Source: a virus | IMG/VR virus record: IMGVR_UViG_3300045988_011856 | Coordinates: 1 to 55,862 of that record | Direction: 5' to 3' (one strand) | DNA length: 55,862 bases | In this document: in pieces, positions 52,360 through 55,862 of the stretch | How the letters are laid out: every line of letters begins with the position of its first letter | How positions within the stretch are numbered: position 1 is the stretch's first letter | Notes under the pieces: generated by a model | The model's input: only the letters and a program-made list of their open reading frames with translations | What the model was told of the DNA's origin: nothing | The model's database searches: none | Translations under genes and position numbers: made by a program

Positions 52360-52529
52360 TTCTTTCCCTCCCATTCATCGCATACATGGTTGAATTCTAC
52401 GAAGTCTGCAGTATAGTCACTTGAATCATTCACGCATACATAACCTTGCATCTTGTCGTATGTAGCATATTTGCAAGTGCCACAACAATCATTCTTCGGT
52501 TGTCTGCAATATCGTTCGTCATAACGCAT
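52356..52529 (-). CDS. possible small Cys-rich protein (57 aa)
   Basis: ATGA overlap with the lipoprotein start. Confidence 0.45.
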   Translation of the reverse strand: MRYDERYCRQPKNDCCGTCKYATYDKMQGYVCVNDSSDYTADFVEFNHVCDEWEGKK

Positions 52530-52531
52530 AT

Positions 52532-52951
52532 CTATACATCACCCATCGCTCTATTATTTGCTCTGCTTATATCAAAGCCTTCCGGGTAACGCGCCTTAAG
52601 CTTGTCCACGTTCATTTTCATGATTTCATCAAGGCTCCATCCGAAGGATTCACAAAGCATTGCAAGATACCAACAAATATCGCCAGCTTCTTTCTTAGCA
52701 TGGTCAATATCAAGCGGCTTCTCATGGAAAATCCACTTTTTGATTATGTCGTTAAATTCTCCAACTTCACCGGATAATCCGAGGCAAGCGTTAAAGATGC
52801 CGCCAAAATCAAGATGCTGTTCGTCTTCTGCAATCAAATTTTGCTGTAGCAGATATTTCATGTCGCACGTTAACATATTTTCAAGCATTCTGTCTGTTGC
52901 TTTGCGATCATTTGTCCGCATGGCTAATGACTGATACTCATTTCCGGTCAT
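52532..52951 (-). CDS. MazG-like nucleotide pyrophosphohydrolase
   Basis: GLSGEVGEFNDIIKK...EAGDICWYLAMLCE...MNVDKLKARYPEGF. Confidence 0.8.
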   Translation of the reverse strand: MTGNEYQSLAMRTNDRKATDRMLENMLTCDMKYLLQQNLIAEDEQHLDFGGIFNACLGLSGEVGEFNDIIKKWIFHEKPLDIDHAKKEAGDICWYLAMLCESFGWSLDEIMKMNVDKLKARYPEGFDISRANNRAMGDV

Positions 52952-53450
52952 ACAACAATACCCTCCATTTTACAATCAGGTTATTATTTTCGTTAATCTC
53001 TAGTGGAATTTCTGCTACGAATGTAGCCTTTATCTCAAAGTGAATAAGAACTGTGTTCTTGATATTAATTCTAGCCTATAAGTGAAATTAAGTCTAGTGT
53101 TTTTTGAATATCCGTAATATTGCGTATCTTATGGGTTCTACTGTGGTGAGTGAAAGGCGCTTTTTGTTTTTGCGGTTATTTGGGGGGCTTAGCAGGCGCG
53201 GTTTTCGGATTCCATCAGACCCCCTCCCCCATGCATCCAGCGGTCATTGTCAGCAGCTTTTCTGTTGCTCCATTGTCTTTCTGTCTCGGTTCTTGGAATT
53301 GTGTGTAAATCTCAAACACTTAACACAACTTCAAAGTTTTTGTTATAACTATTCGCATAACCTCAGGTTTACGAATAGTTGCGAATAACTGAAATCGCTA
53401 CATCCATTGGTATTACTGCATTTGTAAATTGTAGAATAACCACGCACAAT

Positions 53451-54110
53451 TTACGGTGCATTTTCTTGATTATTCTCGTTTAATTGTGTGCCGATTTGGT
53501 GCAATTCCGAGCCGCTTTTCTTAGCCAACAACGCGCGTACATCGTTGGCGGTGAGTTCCTTGTCAGTGCTTCTCTCCCTGCTCACTCCCGGCATATTCCA
53601 TTGATAGTGACGATTGAGGACTCCAAGAACTCCAACAGGATTTTGTTTTCCGGTCACCAGCTTATCGCTTAAGGATTCCTCGCGAAAAGTGTACAATTTT
53701 TGGAAAATCTCTACGCTTACCGGACTTAGTGTTCCCCTCGTGCCGTTCCCCCAACTCGATATAGCGTCTATGCTTATACCTGTAAGATTACTAAATCCGC
53801 AAATACTTATCTCCTTATCGTTGGTAAAGCATAAGTCTATGTATATATCACATATCTCATTTACTAGATCATAGTTGTATGCGTTAAATGTACTGCATAT
53901 ACTTCCAAGATCTGTATTGTTATCAGTCCTCAACATACTGTTATCTTGGAATACATGGCGCTTTATATATCTTAATGCTCCATTCCATACGCTTTGGCTT
54001 TCCTGCTTAATACTGTCAATGTTATGTTCTTCACAGTAGAGCTGTAAATACATGACAATGTCATTCTCATATACTTCTACACTGTTTGTATTTACTGTAC
54101 TATCTGCCAT
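53451..54110 (-). CDS. terS: terminase small subunit (tentative)
   Basis: The C-terminal GKQNPVGVLGVLNRHYQWNMPG resembles the conserved end of Terminase_2-type small subunits. Follows a long AT-rich promoter-like region. Confidence 0.5.
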   Translation of the reverse strand: MADSTVNTNSVEVYENDIVMYLQLYCEEHNIDSIKQESQSVWNGALRYIKRHVFQDNSMLRTDNNTDLGSICSTFNAYNYDLVNEICDIYIDLCFTNDKEISICGFSNLTGISIDAISSWGNGTRGTLSPVSVEIFQKLYTFREESLSDKLVTGKQNPVGVLGVLNRHYQWNMPGVSRERSTDKELTANDVRALLAKKSGSELHQIGTQLNENNQENAP

Positions 54111-54526
54111 ATATCTACACCTCCAATCCTTGATATATTTTACGCTACACTATTTTTGCATCTAAATCAAGTTATTTTTTCTTCCGGCAATAATAAAGCC
54201 GTATATAATATATATCCGCTTATGCGTGCGGTGTTAAATATCTATACATCGTTATGTCTTGGCTATATTTAATATATATATTTATACAAAGCGATAGAGA
54301 GTATATATCTTACTCTTTCTCTATACTCTATCTCTGTGTCACACTTCCGCACAATGTGACGCTATCAATTAAAAAAAGACATAGAAAAGAGTCGGAGAAA
54401 CCCGAATAAAATATCCTTGTTTATAAAAATTTAATAAAAGTTTTATTCTTACTTTATGGTTTCTTGGGGATTTTTTGGAGTTTCAAAAAAGATATGCCCG
54501 GACGCGTTGTTTATTTTGGACATGGC

Positions 54527-54557
54527 AAAAAGAAAAAGACAGCCGGAAAAGCTGCCC
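54527..54557 (-). terminator. Terminator after the ORF6N gene
   Basis: On the minus strand: GGCAGC-7 nt-GCTGTC (one G.U) followed by TTTTTCTTTTT. Confidence 0.5.
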
Positions 54558-54576
54558 TTTGTTTGTGAATTATCTT

Positions 54577-55287
54577 TTATCTGTTATATATATGCCCTAA
54601 ATACTCTTTTGGGTACCTTCTAACTCTATTCATGTGTATCTGTATGATAGTTTCTGCCGCTTCCCTTAATTCTGGATAAAACGATACAACCTCCATGATA
54701 TACTCTGGCGCGTGTCCGGTATCGCGCTTATAGAAAACTCTATAATCATCAACATTATAATCATCCCCAATATCCAACAATATCTTGTGGTACAGTTCCT
54801 TTCTGCTGATCCCATAGGCACTACAAATCTGCTTAAATAGAGGTTCATGGTCTTTCATCCAAGTGTTAGCCAACGATGGATAATGACCTTCATGCGGTTG
54901 CGGTACATCACTTCGATTTATCACTTCGTTTTGCAACTTTCCACAATTGAAATATGAGCTTACAAGTCTTCTTTGCACTTTCCAAGACAAATCATCATGG
55001 AATGACTTTACAAGCATTAAATATCCTGTTTCTGTAAATAAAAAGACTTTCAAATTCGGGTTCCCTTTTAACGGTTCGGAATTAGGGACGAAATTCGTCC
55101 CGAACTCTTTTCTTGTTAATTCAAAGTAATCTTCGTTCAAAATAAAATGTTTTCTATTTTGTTTAAAACTACGCTTTGCCGTTCCGTTAGGTCTTTGATG
55201 TACTCTGTCTATATCATTAAAAGTTACAACCCTTTGAGAATCCCAAACTTTGATTGCTGGAATTTCCAATTTTTCTAATTCCTCCAT
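54577..55287 (-). CDS. ORF6N/KilA-N-type DNA-binding (antirepressor-like) protein
   Basis: VWDSQRVVTFNDIDRVHQRPNGTAKRSFKQNRKHFILNEDYFEL...YLMLVKSF. Confidence 0.7.
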   Translation of the reverse strand: MEELEKLEIPAIKVWDSQRVVTFNDIDRVHQRPNGTAKRSFKQNRKHFILNEDYFELTRKEFGTNFVPNSEPLKGNPNLKVFLFTETGYLMLVKSFHDDLSWKVQRRLVSSYFNCGKLQNEVINRSDVPQPHEGHYPSLANTWMKDHEPLFKQICSAYGISRKELYHKILLDIGDDYNVDDYRVFYKRDTGHAPEYIMEVVSFYPELREAAETIIQIHMNRVRRYPKEYLGHIYNR

Positions 55288-55342
55288 TGCTTTCTCCTTT
55301 CTCTTTAGTTTTTGAACAAATCATTTCCGTTTTACCAAAAAA

Positions 55343-55525
55343 TTACTTATTTTCTAAGCTGTTTAAATCTTTTACAACCAATTCAGAAACATAAGCATTA
55401 CAACTTTTTCCGGTCAATACTTTTATCCTGTTTTTTGTCCCCTTTGGTAAATTAACTGCTATTCTGTCAAACTTGTTATTGTAATTCTGAATAGCTTTCT
55501 TTGTATACTCTGGAGTTTTTGCCAT
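55343..55525 (-). CDS. ribbon-helix-helix (Arc/CopG-like) small protein
   Basis: Trimmed to MAKTPEYTKKAIQNYNNKFDRIAVNLPKGTKNRIK after AGAGGTGAG. Confidence 0.55.
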   Translation of the reverse strand: MAKTPEYTKKAIQNYNNKFDRIAVNLPKGTKNRIKVLTGKSCNAYVSELVVKDLNSLENK

Positions 55526-55607
55526 TGTCTCACCTCTTTTAATATTCAATTTATATAAACATATTATCAATTATCGTGTATATGTCAATAGTCTATTTTC
55601 ATGTATT

Positions 55608-55829
55608 TTAATTATTTTTATATTCCATAATATCGCCCGGCTGACAATTTAGCAGTCTGCATAGATTACATATAACCTCACAAGTTACATTTTCATTTTT
55701 TGTCAGCTTTGCCACTGTATTAGAATGGATTCCGTTATTCTTTAACCACTGCTTATTGTATTCCTTTTTTTCTAAGACATTCCACAGCTTGGAAAAGTCA
55801 ATATATCCGTTTGCACCATAATTCGCCAT
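55608..55829 (-). CDS. XRE-family HTH regulator
   Basis: KNNGIHSNTVAKLTKNENVTCEVICNLCRLLNCQPGDIMEY. The 5' end is repeated at window positions 1-66. Confidence 0.8.
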   Translation of the reverse strand: MANYGANGYIDFSKLWNVLEKKEYNKQWLKNNGIHSNTVAKLTKNENVTCEVICNLCRLLNCQPGDIMEYKNN

Positions 55830-55862
55830 GCGTCACACCTCTTTTCTTTTTATATATGATAA
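55764..55862. repeat. Terminal direct repeat copy 2
   Basis: Identical to 1-99. Confidence 0.95.

Noticed and set aside
53104-53388. Plus-strand ORF of 94 aa downstream of terS.
   Set aside because: It has an alternative start, no RBS, and spans homopolymer G/C tracts and repeat motifs. The region is treated as non-coding.
2225-55129. Numerous plus-strand ORFs of 60-190 aa from the track that lie antisense to minus-strand genes, for example 2461..3036, 10046..10537, 17326..17700, 34529..35047, 35153..35701, 40657..41133 and 48744..49046.
   Set aside because: They overlap well-supported minus-strand genes, lack RBS motifs and have low-complexity Ser/Leu/Phe/Ile-rich translations typical of antisense frames of AT-rich genes.

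Overview
The window is a complete genome of a temperate siphovirus-type phage of a low-GC Firmicute. The first 99 nt are identical to the last 99 nt, so the unique sequence is 55,763 bp and the map is circular or circularly permuted. Almost all genes run on the minus strand.

Gene order, by descending coordinate:
- XRE, RHH and ORF6N regulators
- terS, then a long non-coding region
- MazG and several small genes
- a tRNA island with Gln, Asn and Ser tRNAs, one aberrant tRNA-like element and structured GC-rich spacers
- terL, portal, scaffold, decoration protein and lambda-E-type major capsid protein
- head-tail connectors, with a holin pair embedded among them
- major tail protein and G/GT chaperones
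- an NlpC/P60 hydrolase
- the tape measure gene
- a DUF4352 moron
- tail tip and tail fibre genes
- a cI/cro-type switch and an antirepressor
- a recombination/replication module: SSB, Rad50-like ATPase, RecT, MBL nuclease, DnaB and replisome organizer, with free-standing HNH and GIY-YIG genes
- three DNA methyltransferases
- integrase and attP
- a cluster of odd accessory genes

Main non-routine observations:
1. The tape measure gene is split into three exons by two small ORF-less introns with group I features. Splice sites can be assigned from U.G P1 pairing, contiguous P10 pairing and a terminal G.
2. A perfect 19-bp inverted repeat sits in phase in the tail-fibre gene and in an oppositely oriented, start-less ORF. 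This predicts an invertible host-range cassette, yet no dedicated invertase is encoded.
3. attP carries a tRNA 3' fragment flanked by TTGATTAC arm repeats.
4. The genetic switch has four evenly built TAGAA-N4-TTCTA operators and two near-consensus face-to-face promoters.
5. Two genes are disrupted. An MBL-fold gene has a 5-nt insertion inside the HxHxDH motif, and a C5-methyltransferase-like gene has an in-frame TGA.

Many functional calls rest on motif recognition by eye. No database search was possible.
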